Origin: Ferroacidibacillus organovorans
Lineage (GTDB): Bacteria > Bacillota > Bacilli > Alicyclobacillales > SLC66
Direction: 5' to 3'
Length of the DNA stretch: 64,000 nt
NCBI RefSeq assembly: GCF_001642725.1
Contig: NZ_LSUQ01000005.1
Location: forward strand, 1 to 64,000
The first letter of the stretch is position 1, and the number at the start of each line of letters is the position of its first letter. The translations under genes were made by a program, and so were the position numbers. Under the pieces are notes generated by a model. It was given only the letters and a program-made list of their open reading frames with translations. It made no database searches and had not been told where the DNA came from. Shown here in pieces: positions 46,425 through 56,959 of the stretch.

Positions 46425-49013
46425 GTGGTGCAATTCATGAATCCAAATCGGATGTCGATAAAAACAAAACGTCGCGGCACGCATATTCATCTCGTACGCG
46501 CCTCGTCACAGTCTGAAGCTGCACCGGAACCGGCCGTAAAAAAACAACAGTCGCCGCGCGCGAAGCAGGTGTCGATGAATGTGTGGCAGCGGCTGCTATT
46601 GATGTTAGGTGTGCTTGTCGTCGGTGTTTTGTTTGGACGAGCCGTCATCGTTGGATCGCTCACGCCGTTCCCTGTCGCCGCGTTTGCAGTCGCCCTACAG
46701 ATGCGCCGAGGCACGGCGTTATGGCTTGCGACAGGTCTGCTCATCGGCAGTGTTACGCATATGTCCGCAGGAACTCAGCCGCTCATGCTCGCGAGCATGC
46801 TGATCTCTTTTGCCATCATCCAACGCGTGATGAAAATGACAAAGTCGTTTGACGCATCTTCGCTTCCGTTTATCGCGGCAGCCGTGGATTTTGGGTTTCG
46901 CATTGGTTTCTCCGCACCGCTTAATGGGCTTAACACCTATACGGTTGCTTTTTCAATGGTCGACGCGCTGCTCTGTGGACTGTTGGCTTATATGTTCATG
47001 CAGTTGCCGCAAACCATTCAGTGGAATCGCTCTACCGAGCGCACACTGGGCATGGAAGAGTGGGTCGGAATTCTGATCATTCTCGCGTCGTGTTTGACAG
47101 GTCTGCACGGGATTGCCATCGGTAGGGTCCATCTTGAGCCGCTGGTAGCAGGTTTCCTCGTCCTCTCGCTCGCCTCCGTGGGGGGCGCCGGGATCGGCGC
47201 TGCGTCCGGCGTCATCTGCGGGCTGATCATTGCGCTTGGCGGTGGACAGAGTGGCGCAGATGTGGCCTATCTCGGATTTGCGGGACTCCTGGCTGGCGTA
47301 TTTCGCGATACTTCACGCTACGTGATGGGCATCGGCTATTGGATCGCCTCCTCGGCGCTCGCCGTCGATTTGCTCGGCATGCGCGGCGCAGAGGGGGCGA
47401 TGTTTGCGGCGGCAGGGGCGACACTCCTCTTCCTATTGACGCCAAAGCGTATGCTCCACCAGTTGGCGCGCTACGTTCCTGGGACGACGCACTTTCACAA
47501 CCGCCAGCTTGATCAGGCGCGGCGCATCAAAGACCTGATGACATCGCGGATGGATGAGATTGCTCACGTCTTTCAGGACCTTTCCTCTACGTTTCACGAG
47601 ACCTCCAGTGAACCCCCAGGACTCGATCCTGAGAACGTCACGCTGCGCACGATTGATACGGTTCATTTTGATCTTTGCTCGCACTGTCGCCGCCAGCGCG
47701 ATTGCTTTGAACTAAAGTGGCCAGAAACGCACAAGGCGATGGCGCAAACGCTCGCGGGTATCGCAACCAATCCGCGCATGACGGTCGCCGAGATGCCCGA
47801 CGTGATGGCGCGGATGTGCATCAAGAACGATCAGTTGCTAACGACCATGAAACAGGCGCGTCACATGACGGCGCTGGAACACGCTGTGCAGGTTCGCATC
47901 GCCGACGCGCGAAGCCTTGTCGCATCTCAACTCGACGGCGTCGCCTCCATGATGAAAGGGTTCTCTCAGCAGTTGCAACGCGAAAATGGAGATAGTGTGC
48001 GCCAAGAGAAACAAATCATCGACGCGCTCTCTTCGATTGGTTATCAGGTGCAGGGGATCGAGATCATGTCGCTAGAAGAAGGGCAGGTAGAGATTCAAAT
48101 CTTGGAGCAACACCCGACGGGACATGATGAATGCGCAAAATTGGTGGCGCCGCTTCTCTCTGACCTGCTGCGCGAGACAATTGCCGTGCGCAAAACGGAG
48201 GCGTCACGCGATGGCTCCTATCAGGTGGTCACGCTAGGATCCGCACGCAAATATGACGTGATCGCGGGGTGCGCGAGCGCGTCAAAAAACGGCGCACTAC
48301 ACAGCGGCGACTCCTATACGACGGTGGATCTCGGAACAGGGCGCTTTGCGATTGCGCTGAGCGATGGAATGGGCAACGGTGAACGCGCCCACAGGGAATC
48401 GAATGCAGCGGTGCGCATGGTGCAGCAATTGCTGCGGGCCGGGTTTGATGAGACGACAGCCGTCAAGACGGTCAACTCGGCGCTCGCACTCCGCTCACAG
48501 GAGGAAATCTACGCCACGCTCGACCTTGCCATCATCGATCTCTACACCTTGCAAACGGAATTTCTCAAAGTGGGTTCCGTGGCGACGTTTGTGAAGCAAG
48601 GGCGAGCGGTGCGTTCACTCACTGGAAATAGCGTGCCAATTGGCATTTTGAACGAGATTGACGTGCAGACCATCACCGTTCGTCTCGCCGAGGGGAGTTT
48701 CTTGACGTTCATGTCAGACGGGGTGCTGGACGCTGTGTCTCACATGAAAGACCCGGAGGAGTGGGTGCGCTTCCAGCTTGAGCGACTGGACTACAGCGAC
48801 CCACAGGTGATCGCCGATCTCCTGCTCGAATCGGCGGTGCGCGCCGCGGGCGGTGTCATTCGCGATGACATGACAGTGGTTTGCGCACGCATTGGCCCGC
48901 ATCGCCCGCAGTGGGCGACGATACCAATTCCGGAGGTTCCAAAGCTCAGAAATCCGCGGAGAAAGCGTGTTCCTACGCACCCTGCCAACGCTGAACGCCT
49001 CGTAAAGCTTTGA
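46425..49013 (+). CDS. spoIIE: Stage II sporulation protein E (PP2C phosphatase)
   Basis: N-terminal multi-TM domain, 'SGDSY', 'LSDGMGNG..A..ES', 'ATLDL', 'SDG', 'DDMTV'; start uncertain. Confidence 0.95.
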   Translation: MVQFMNPNRMSIKTKRRGTHIHLVRASSQSEAAPEPAVKKQQSPRAKQVSMNVWQRLLLMLGVLVVGVLFGRAVIVGSLTPFPVAAFAVALQMRRGTALWLATGLLIGSVTHMSAGTQPLMLASMLISFAIIQRVMKMTKSFDASSLPFIAAAVDFGFRIGFSAPLNGLNTYTVAFSMVDALLCGLLAYMFMQLPQTIQWNRSTERTLGMEEWVGILIILASCLTGLHGIAIGRVHLEPLVAGFLVLSLASVGGAGIGAASGVICGLIIALGGGQSGADVAYLGFAGLLAGVFRDTSRYVMGIGYWIASSALAVDLLGMRGAEGAMFAAAGATLLFLLTPKRMLHQLARYVPGTTHFHNRQLDQARRIKDLMTSRMDEIAHVFQDLSSTFHETSSEPPGLDPENVTLRTIDTVHFDLCSHCRRQRDCFELKWPETHKAMAQTLAGIATNPRMTVAEMPDVMARMCIKNDQLLTTMKQARHMTALEHAVQVRIADARSLVASQLDGVASMMKGFSQQLQRENGDSVRQEKQIIDALSSIGYQVQGIEIMSLEEGQVEIQILEQHPTGHDECAKLVAPLLSDLLRETIAVRKTEASRDGSYQVVTLGSARKYDVIAGCASASKNGALHSGDSYTTVDLGTGRFAIALSDGMGNGERAHRESNAAVRMVQQLLRAGFDETTAVKTVNSALALRSQEEIYATLDLAIIDLYTLQTEFLKVGSVATFVKQGRAVRSLTGNSVPIGILNEIDVQTITVRLAEGSFLTFMSDGVLDAVSHMKDPEEWVRFQLERLDYSDPQVIADLLLESAVRAAGGVIRDDMTVVCARIGPHRPQWATIPIPEVPKLRNPRRKRVPTHPANAERLVKL

Positions 49014-49075
49014 GAGGATGAAATGGCCCGCCTGGGGGCAAACTAGGAAGTAAAACATTGATGGAGTGGAAGCCA

Positions 49076-49810
49076 ATGCGTGAAGAACCAGGAATTCGCC
49101 AAATCCTTTTGATTACAGACGGGTGCTCCAATGTGGGAACGGATCCCGTCTATGTCGCACAGTGCGCGCGGGCGCGTGGAATGACGACAAGTGTCATCGG
49201 AATTTTGGACGAGGGATCGCTCGGCGAGCAGGGCAGGCGCGAGGCGCAAAACATCGCGGAGGCGGGTGGGGGCATCTGCCGCTTGGTACAGGCGCATGAC
49301 CTATCGCAGACGATGCAGATGGTGACGCGACAAACGATGCAACTGACACTCCATCACGTCGTAAACGCTGAACTTCGGCAATTGGTCGGGGAAACGTCAG
49401 ACGGACTCCCGCCTGAAACGCGGACGAAAGTGGCGCGATTTGTTGAAACGATGACCGATGAGATTGAGTTGACCATCGCGCTTGTGCTTGATGCGTCAGC
49501 CAGTATGCAGAGCAAGATGGCGGCGGTTCGCGAATCCGTTCGGGATTTGGAGTTCGGGCTATCCGCCAGGCGCGGCGCGTACGAACTGATCGTCGTGACC
49601 TATCCAGGCGCCCGCGGTGAGGCTGTCGATCTTGTCAGACAGCGCGATTTTGCAGGTGGTCTGGCAGACTATATTGGCAGCTTGAGGCCATCCGGGAACA
49701 CGCCGACGGGACCGGCGCTGGAGGCTGCGATGAGTGAATTGCTGCGCGATCGCAGGATGGATGCACTCAATGATGGACGATCTGGAGATGTGAGGAACCA
49801 TGTCGTATAA
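49076..49810 (+). CDS. yabS: vWA-domain protein YabS
   Basis: 'QILLITDGCSN.G.DP', 'LSQT.QMVTRQ.M', 'D.SASM', 'TPTGPA'. Confidence 0.9.
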   Translation: MREEPGIRQILLITDGCSNVGTDPVYVAQCARARGMTTSVIGILDEGSLGEQGRREAQNIAEAGGGICRLVQAHDLSQTMQMVTRQTMQLTLHHVVNAELRQLVGETSDGLPPETRTKVARFVETMTDEIELTIALVLDASASMQSKMAAVRESVRDLEFGLSARRGAYELIVVTYPGARGEAVDLVRQRDFAGGLADYIGSLRPSGNTPTGPALEAAMSELLRDRRMDALNDGRSGDVRNHVV

Positions 49811-50780
49811 AATTGCAGACGCCACAGACATCCCTAGCCTTGCAGAAGGAACCGTGTTGACGGGGCGCTTCTCAAAACGTGCGTATCGCGTGGAGCATCT
49901 GATTGGAATCGGTGCAAACGGCGCGGTCTATCTCGTGACGGATGATGAGGCAAAGCGCTATGCGCTAAAGGTGAGCGCACAGGCTTCAGCGCTGGCCGTC
50001 GAGTGCGACCGGCTACGCACAATGGCGAGTATTTCTCGGGATCTAAACGTCTCTCCAGATGTGGTGGCGCTTGACGACGTCTATTTTGCGAATGCGTTCT
50101 GGCCCGTTCTCGTGATGACCTACATCGACGGTGTGGCGCTTGACGAGTGGATGAAAACGAGGGAGAATCTACAGCAGTTTCCGATGGTGCTTGAACAGTT
50201 GGTGACGATGCTCACGCGACTGCACGACGCAGGCTTCGCGTACTGTGATGTCAAACCAGCAAATTTTCTGATCGAAAAGACGTCTAGGCGCTTGACGATG
50301 ATCGATTTTGGCGGTGTTACGGTCATCGGGCAGGCTGTCAAGGAATTCACGGAACCGTTTGACCGCGCGTGGTGGGGATTCGGTTCACGCAAAGCGGATG
50401 TTCACTACGACTTGTTTGCCGTGTGCATGTTGGCGCTGCACCTTCTTCGGCCCATTCCAAAGCATGATCTAAAGCGTCTTGCCACCGCTCACCCTCGCGA
50501 GCGGCGCGCCTATGTCACGAACCAAATGAGCGTGCCAGGGCCACACCTCGAGTTGCTTGACCGACTCTCTCGCGTACTCACAGACGCCTGCCCGAGTCGA
50601 GACGTTCTCCTCATGATTCAGGCTTACCTTCGCTCCATCCAGAGTGCGACGCCCTCCTATGCGCATGCCGGTTCTGTGCGATCCGCACGGCGGCGCTGGG
50701 ATTCCACTGACTATGGTCTCCTGGCGGCGGTCATCGTGTTTGCTTCGAGTCTTGTCGGCATCCTCGTTGTGAGTCGCTAA
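49800..50780 (+). CDS. yabT: Ser/Thr protein kinase YabT
   Basis: G.GANG.VY, ALK, D.KP.N, DFGG, 'DR.WWG.GSRKA', C-terminal TM. Confidence 0.9.
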   Translation: MSYKIADATDIPSLAEGTVLTGRFSKRAYRVEHLIGIGANGAVYLVTDDEAKRYALKVSAQASALAVECDRLRTMASISRDLNVSPDVVALDDVYFANAFWPVLVMTYIDGVALDEWMKTRENLQQFPMVLEQLVTMLTRLHDAGFAYCDVKPANFLIEKTSRRLTMIDFGGVTVIGQAVKEFTEPFDRAWWGFGSRKADVHYDLFAVCMLALHLLRPIPKHDLKRLATAHPRERRAYVTNQMSVPGPHLELLDRLSRVLTDACPSRDVLLMIQAYLRSIQSATPSYAHAGSVRSARRRWDSTDYGLLAAVIVFASSLVGILVVSR

Positions 50781-50879
50781 ACGCTACCCCGTCGCGCGCG
50801 AGTCGTGTACAATTCAGGTAATCTGATGTGCGGGACGCAATTTGCCGCGCAAGCGGAAAATCGAGCGGAGTGATGGCGT

Positions 50880-51644
50880 TTGGATGAACACGCACTTCTC
50901 GATCTATTGATTCAGGCCGCTCGTCTGCTGCTTTCGAATGGGGGCGAGACGTCACGCGTTGAAACGATGATCGATCATCTGGCACGCGGTGCAGGTCTTT
51001 CGGATGATCAAGTGCAAAGCTTTGTGACACCAACCGGAATCTTCATATCGCTGACAACGGAAAACGGGACGACGACGCGCTTGTACCGCATGCGTGAGCC
51101 CGGACAGATGGATCTTGGTCGTGTGACTGCGATCAATGATCTCTCACGTCGCTTTGCGTCAGGCTCATGCACGCTTGACGATGCGATCGGCTCGCTGAAG
51201 CGAATCGAGGCGGCGCCACCGCGTTATTCGCGCGTTTTACAACTGCTTGCCGCGATGATCTCAAGTGGCAGCTTTGCGGTTGTGCTCGGCGGTACGCTGA
51301 TCGACTTTGTCGTGGCGGCGGTCGCAGGATTGACGGCACAATCGACGGTCTCTTGGCTCAACCGCTTTGTTCCGCGCTTTTTTGGCGTACTCCTCGCCGC
51401 GCTGATTGCCACTCTTCTCGCGGAGGGTCTTGGTGTTCTTATTCACTCGACCTCACAGGGCGCGATCACGATTGGCGCGATTCTGCCGCTGCTGCCTGGA
51501 CTCGCAATTACCAATGCCATTCGCGACCTGCTCGCAGGCGATTTGCTTGCAGGGGTGGCGCGTGGCGCGGAGGGACTGTTTACGGCGGTTGCGCTCGCGG
51601 TTGCAGTCACGCTTTCCATTGGGGTGTTCGCACATGTTTTATAA
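50880..51644 (+). CDS. Threonine/serine exporter ThrE family (YjjP-like)
   Basis: 'LL.NGGET.RVE', 'FVTPTGI', 'INDLSR', 'LLPGLAITNAIRDL..GD'. Confidence 0.9.
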   Translation: MDEHALLDLLIQAARLLLSNGGETSRVETMIDHLARGAGLSDDQVQSFVTPTGIFISLTTENGTTTRLYRMREPGQMDLGRVTAINDLSRRFASGSCTLDDAIGSLKRIEAAPPRYSRVLQLLAAMISSGSFAVVLGGTLIDFVVAAVAGLTAQSTVSWLNRFVPRFFGVLLAALIATLLAEGLGVLIHSTSQGAITIGAILPLLPGLAITNAIRDLLAGDLLAGVARGAEGLFTAVALAVAVTLSIGVFAHVL

Positions 51645-51700
51645 CGATTTCACATGGTTTATTTTTTTTCTATCATGATCATTGCGGTGGAGGGTCATTC

Positions 51701-52135
51701 GTGATTGCGAGTCTGTTTAGCATCTTGGCGACGATTGCGGTCGGCGTTTTGTATCAGATCCCGCCTAAATCGATCCTGCCGATCGGCTTTTTGGGACTCA
51801 TTGCGCACCTGCTCTATATCGGTGCGCTTGATCACGGACTAAACATTGTCGTCGCGGCTTTTTTGGCCAGCGTCTGCGTAAGCTTAATCAGTGAAGGGTT
51901 TGCGCGTCAATTTCGAATGCCTGTCACCGTTTTTGCGGTACCGGGTGTCGTGAGTCTCGTTCCCGGATCGAGCGCCTATATGGCCATGAGGGACTTTGTG
52001 ATTCACGAGAATGTCACGGGGATCTCGATGCTTTTGGAAGCGGCATTTATTGCGGGCGCGATCGCTTCAGGTCTTGTGATGGCAGGCGTTGTGGCGCGCG
52101 CCGCGTGGGGGTGGCGCATTGGATCCCGTCACTGA
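51701..52135 (+). CDS. ThrE_2 family partner (YjjB-like)
   Basis: 'P.TVF.VPGV.SLVPG..AY.AM'; GTG behind GGAGGG. Confidence 0.88.
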   Translation: MIASLFSILATIAVGVLYQIPPKSILPIGFLGLIAHLLYIGALDHGLNIVVAAFLASVCVSLISEGFARQFRMPVTVFAVPGVVSLVPGSSAYMAMRDFVIHENVTGISMLLEAAFIAGAIASGLVMAGVVARAAWGWRIGSRH

Positions 52136-53501
52136 TGCGCTTGCGCAATTCATCCACCTTCATCCGAACGCTCGCATTCTGTTTGCGGTAAGCGGCGGGC
52201 GCGATTCGATGGTGATGCTGCACGCCGCGATCGCATGCCGTGAAAACCTTGAATTGGAGATCCACGTCGGGCACGTCCATCACGGTTTGCGCGAAGAGAC
52301 GGCAGATCGCGATGCATCGTTTGTGAGAGCATGGTGCGAAAACGCGGGAATTCCGTTTCATTTTTGCCAGGTTGACGCGCCAGAGCGCATGACGCGAACG
52401 GGCGAAGGAGCGGAAGAAGCGGCGCGAGCGCTTCGCTACGATGCGCTACTTGGGATGTGCGCGGTGTATGAACTTCACATGATCGCAACCGCGCACCACG
52501 CGCAGGATCAGACGGAGACAATCCTCCATCACGTCTTTCGTGGGACGGGCATGCGCGGCATGCGCGGTATGAAGCGTGTTTCGGCGCGCGGGGCGCATCT
52601 GATCGTACGGCCGCTGCTTCACGTACGGCCAGATGCGTTGGCGGCATACCAACGCGCGTGGTCAGTGCCTTTTGTCCATGATGAGACGAACGATTCTCAT
52701 GAATATCGGAGAAATCGTATTCGGCACACGATCCTCCCGCTGTTGCGCGCGGAGTTTGGCGACCATCTCGATGAAACGGTAGGACGAATGGCCGAAGTTG
52801 TGCGTGAAGAAGATGACGTCTTACAGCAAATGGCACAGTCGATCGCGCGCCAGTGCGTGGTGCCTTCTGATGAAGTTGTTACGATCGTGAAACAAACGCT
52901 TTTAAGTCATCACGTCGCTTTACAACGGCGAGTGGTTAAACTAGTATTAGAACGTTTACTGCCGTTTGAATCGTGGGAATATCGTGATGTCGAACGAATT
53001 CGCGAGCTTGCGGCAGGCGGTGAAGTGGGACGACAAGAATTGTCGCGCGAGTGGCATTTATCGGCGACAAGCCGCTTGGTGCGACTGGAGCGGCGCGTGG
53101 ACGTCTCGCACTGTGAGTTTGCACCGCAACATCTTGCGCAGGGCACTCGCTTGCGTTTTTCTTGGTTTCGCCTCGCGGTTTCACCCGGGGCAAACGCGTC
53201 GAAAAATGTGTGGCATATGCGGTTTGCAGCGCTTGGTGAGTTGATGCTCCGTCCTTGGCAATCTGGAGATCGGATTCAGGTGCACGCATCGCGTGAGCGA
53301 CTCGTGTCGGATTTGTTCAATACATATCGCGTGCCTGCGTCACTGCGCCGACTTTACCCCGTCTTCGTGTATCGCGGGCGCATTCTTTGGGTTCCGGGAC
53401 TCACCGATCCGCCTGAAGGTGGATTGCAAAAATTGGGCGAAATGGTGTACACCATTTCTGTGCACCCTATCTTTTCACACAATTCGACAGAACGAATGTA
53501 G
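52119..53501 (+). CDS. tilS: tRNA(Ile)-lysidine synthetase
   Basis: SGG.DS, HVHHGLR, AR..RY, TAHH..DQ.ET, RPLL, RNRIR; TTG start. Confidence 0.95.
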   Translation: MDPVTDALAQFIHLHPNARILFAVSGGRDSMVMLHAAIACRENLELEIHVGHVHHGLREETADRDASFVRAWCENAGIPFHFCQVDAPERMTRTGEGAEEAARALRYDALLGMCAVYELHMIATAHHAQDQTETILHHVFRGTGMRGMRGMKRVSARGAHLIVRPLLHVRPDALAAYQRAWSVPFVHDETNDSHEYRRNRIRHTILPLLRAEFGDHLDETVGRMAEVVREEDDVLQQMAQSIARQCVVPSDEVVTIVKQTLLSHHVALQRRVVKLVLERLLPFESWEYRDVERIRELAAGGEVGRQELSREWHLSATSRLVRLERRVDVSHCEFAPQHLAQGTRLRFSWFRLAVSPGANASKNVWHMRFAALGELMLRPWQSGDRIQVHASRERLVSDLFNTYRVPASLRRLYPVFVYRGRILWVPGLTDPPEGGLQKLGEMVYTISVHPIFSHNSTERM

Positions 53502-53539
53502 GCATTGTGTGCAGGACACCATGGCGTGAAGGAGTCAAG

Positions 53540-54091
53540 ATGTTGCATCCAGATATAGAATCGATTCTCTGTTCGAGAGAACAAATTGACCATCGCGTTC
53601 AGGAGATGGCAAAGGAAATTTCATCCATCCAAACAGAACAGCCGCTCATCGTCGTCGGCGTTCTCAAAGGCGCATTTTTGTTTATGGCAGACCTTGTACG
53701 GAACCTGACGCTGCCACTTGAGATGGATTTTATCGCCACATCGAGCTATGGCGCATCCACCAAATCGTCTGGCGTCGTCCAAATTTTAAAGGATCTTGAG
53801 CGACCCGTGGAGGGACGTGATGTCCTGCTGGTGGAGGACATCGTCGATAGTGGGTTGACCCTCAGTTATCTGCGGGATTCCCTCTTGCGGCGCGGCGCCA
53901 ACTCGGTGCGCATTGCGTCCGCGTTTGACAAACCGAGCGGACGAACCGTTAAAATATCGCCAGATTTTGCGGGATTCACCGTTCCCGGACACTTTTTGGT
54001 CGGTTATGGGTTAGACTATGCGGAGCGTTATCGCGAACTGCCGTATGTCGGCGTGTTAAAACCCTCAGTTTATGCGGGCGCGCAAGATTGA
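53540..54091 (+). CDS. hprT: Hypoxanthine phosphoribosyltransferase
   Basis: VLKGAFLF.ADL, SSYG, VEDIVDSGLTL, VGYGLDY. Confidence 0.97.
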   Translation: MLHPDIESILCSREQIDHRVQEMAKEISSIQTEQPLIVVGVLKGAFLFMADLVRNLTLPLEMDFIATSSYGASTKSSGVVQILKDLERPVEGRDVLLVEDIVDSGLTLSYLRDSLLRRGANSVRIASAFDKPSGRTVKISPDFAGFTVPGHFLVGYGLDYAERYRELPYVGVLKPSVYAGAQD

Positions 54092-54189
54092 TTGCTTCAC
54101 GCGTAAAAACTCGGGAACGCTTGAGGCTCGTGCCATTTTCTTCCGCGTTGTGTTACAATATCTGAGCCTTGACCGAGAGGAGGTAGGGA

Positions 54190-56073
54190 ATGAGACGTTT
54201 CTATCAGAGTGCGATTTTTTATCTACTCATTCTACTTATCATCATTGGTGTGCTCCAGTTTCTGGTGCCTGGATCGAGTTCGAGCCAGCCGCTTTCATGG
54301 AGTCAATTTAGAACCGCCATGCAAAACCATGAGATTCAATCGCTTCAGGTCACGGCGGATGGGACAACGCTTCAACTTCAGGGCCAGTTTGTGAATAAAA
54401 CGCAATTCACCTCTCGGGCACTCTATTCAGAAGCGCTTGTGAACCAGTTGAGCAGCTTGCCTGCGGATGTGACGATTTATCCCCAACCCAAGGAATCGTC
54501 ATGGCTAACGTTCTTGAGCACGATTGTTCCGTTTCTCTTGTTTTTTGTGTTGTTCTTTTTCCTTTTCAATCAGGGACAAGGCGGCGGCAATCGCGTCATG
54601 AATTTTGGCAAGAGCCGAGCGCGTCTCTACACGGAAGAAAAGAAACGCGTCACGTTTGAAGATGTAGCGGGCGCAGATGAAGAAAAAACAGAGCTTGTCG
54701 AAGTTGTGGAATTTCTAAAAGACCCGCGACGTTTCTCTGCCGTTGGTGCGCGCATCCCGAAAGGCGTACTGCTCGTCGGACCGCCTGGCACAGGTAAGAC
54801 GCTGCTTGCGCGAGCGGTGGCAGGCGAGGCGGGTGTGCCGTTCTTTAGCATAAGCGGTTCCGACTTCGTCGAGATGTTTGTCGGTGTCGGTGCATCGCGC
54901 GTGCGTGATTTGTTTGAACAGGCGAAAAAGAATTCGCCGTGCATCATTTTTATCGATGAGATTGACGCGGTAGGACGGCAGCGCGGCGCAGGGCTCGGCG
55001 GTGGACATGATGAGCGTGAGCAGACCTTGAACCAATTGCTCGTCGAGATGGACGGGTTTGGCGCGAATGAAGGAATCATCATCGTCGCCGCCACCAATCG
55101 TCCAGACATTCTCGATCCAGCGCTCTTGCGGCCAGGACGCTTTGACCGACAGATCACCGTCGATCGACCGGACGTGCGCGGACGCGAGCAGATTCTTAAA
55201 GTTCACTCGCGAAACAAGCCGATTTCAAAAGATATCAACCTTGAAGTGATCGCCAAACGGACGCCCGGCTTTACAGGTGCAGACCTCGAGAATGTGCTCA
55301 ACGAAGCGGCACTGCTCACAGCCCGCCGAAACAAGCCGGTGATCGAGATGAATGAGCTTGATGATGCGATTGACCGCGTGATCGCTGGCCCGGAAAAGCG
55401 CAGCAAGGTGATCAGCGACCGCGAGAAGCGCCTCGTGGCGTTCCACGAAGGTGGGCATGCAGTGTGTGGCTACTACCTGAAGACTGGGAATATCGTTCAC
55501 AAGGTGACGATCATTCCGCGCGGAATGGCAGGAGGCTATACCGTAAGTTTGCCGAAAGAAGAGCGCAGTTACATGACGCGTGAAGACATTATGGAGCGCG
55601 TGATCGAACTCCTGGGTGGACGTGTCGCTGAAGAGATTGTACTTGGCGAAATCAGCACGGGCGCTTCCAACGACCTTGAACGCATTACCGATATTGTTCG
55701 CCGGATGATCATGGAGTTTGGCATGAGTACCCGCTTGGGACCCATGCAGTTCGGACATCGCCAAGGACAGGTATTTCTCGGACGTGATATCGGGTCAGAG
55801 CAGAACTACAGTGACGCGATTGCGTACGAAATTGACAAGGAGATGCGCTCCGTCATTGACGAGTGCTATGAACGGACGCGCGCGCTGCTCACAGAACATC
55901 GCGACAAATTGGATCTGGTCGCCACGACCCTGCTTGAGATCGAAACGCTTGACGGTGAACAGATTCGCCAGTTGATGGAGTATGGGCGGCTCGTTGAACA
56001 GGATGACGGTCCGAAGGTGACCATCAATGGGCGGAACGCCTTTGGTGACGGTCCAACTCCCACGTTGACCTGA
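54190..56073 (+). CDS. ftsH: ATP-dependent zinc metalloprotease FtsH
   Basis: Two [25 protein letters not shown]. Confidence 0.98.
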   Translation: MRRFYQSAIFYLLILLIIIGVLQFLVPGSSSSQPLSWSQFRTAMQNHEIQSLQVTADGTTLQLQGQFVNKTQFTSRALYSEALVNQLSSLPADVTIYPQPKESSWLTFLSTIVPFLLFFVLFFFLFNQGQGGGNRVMNFGKSRARLYTEEKKRVTFEDVAGADEEKTELVEVVEFLKDPRRFSAVGARIPKGVLLVGPPGTGKTLLARAVAGEAGVPFFSISGSDFVEMFVGVGASRVRDLFEQAKKNSPCIIFIDEIDAVGRQRGAGLGGGHDEREQTLNQLLVEMDGFGANEGIIIVAATNRPDILDPALLRPGRFDRQITVDRPDVRGREQILKVHSRNKPISKDINLEVIAKRTPGFTGADLENVLNEAALLTARRNKPVIEMNELDDAIDRVIAGPEKRSKVISDREKRLVAFHEGGHAVCGYYLKTGNIVHKVTIIPRGMAGGYTVSLPKEERSYMTREDIMERVIELLGGRVAEEIVLGEISTGASNDLERITDIVRRMIMEFGMSTRLGPMQFGHRQGQVFLGRDIGSEQNYSDAIAYEIDKEMRSVIDECYERTRALLTEHRDKLDLVATTLLEIETLDGEQIRQLMEYGRLVEQDDGPKVTINGRNAFGDGPTPTLT

Positions 56074-56095
56074 TGGCTAGAACAGAGTAAGAATG

Positions 56096-56121
56096 CCGGG
56101 TGCCTCTTGAGGCACCCGGTT
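56096..56121 (+). terminator. Hairpin after ftsH
   Basis: CCGGGTGCCTC-tt-GAGGCACCCGG, weak T tail. Confidence 0.55.
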
Positions 56122-56125
56122 CGCT

Positions 56126-56959
56126 ATGGGTGAGCGTTTAAATCTAGAATCAAAAATTGGGGTGAGCGCACTGTTACTTGTGATTGATGTTGGGAATACA
56201 AACATTGTTGTAGGCGTCTATCGCGAGGAGGTGCTGGAACACCATTGGCGCCTGCGCACATTGCGCGATGAGACAGAGGATGAAATTGGATTACATATCA
56301 AATCGCTTTTGGCGGACGGCGGATTGCGTTTGGACGACATTGACGATGTGATCATCTCATCCGTCGTACCGCCGCTTATGCCTGCGTTTGAGCGAATGTG
56401 TCAGCGTTATTTTGGTCAACCTCCCATGATTGTGTCGGCCGATCTCGTACCGTCTCTACCCATACTGTATGATACACCGCGCGATGTTGGCGCGGACCGC
56501 CTGGTTGACGCTGTCGCGGCGATCGAGGAGTACGGCTATCCGCTCATCATTGTGGACCTTGGAACAGCAAACACGTTTAGTGTCATCGATGAAAAAGGTC
56601 AGTATCTCGGTGGAGTCATCATGCCGGGCATACAAATCTCGACAGAGGCGCTGTTTCAACGCGCAGCTAAACTGCCGCGCATCGAACTGGTGAAACCACC
56701 TTCCGTGATCGGGCAGAATACGGTGCACGCCATGCAATCCGGCATGATTTTCGGGAGCATCGGACAAGTGGACGGAATCATCAAACGCATCCGCGAAGAA
56801 TTGCCTCTTCCTTATCGCGTCGTGGCGACAGGCGGTATTTCTGAGCTTGTCTGTTCAGAGTCAGAATGGATTGACGTTGTGGATCCATTGCTCACGCTAA
56901 AGGGCCTTCGTCATATTTGGAAAATGAATTCTGGTAATAATCGCGAGGGAGAGAAATGA
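56126..56959 (+). CDS. coaX: Type III pantothenate kinase (true start may be CTG at 56171)
   Basis: IDVGNTN, SSVVP, GADR, VDLGTA, GG.I.PG, ATGG, LTL.GL. Confidence 0.95.
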   Translation: MGERLNLESKIGVSALLLVIDVGNTNIVVGVYREEVLEHHWRLRTLRDETEDEIGLHIKSLLADGGLRLDDIDDVIISSVVPPLMPAFERMCQRYFGQPPMIVSADLVPSLPILYDTPRDVGADRLVDAVAAIEEYGYPLIIVDLGTANTFSVIDEKGQYLGGVIMPGIQISTEALFQRAAKLPRIELVKPPSVIGQNTVHAMQSGMIFGSIGQVDGIIKRIREELPLPYRVVATGGISELVCSESEWIDVVDPLLTLKGLRHIWKMNSGNNREGEK

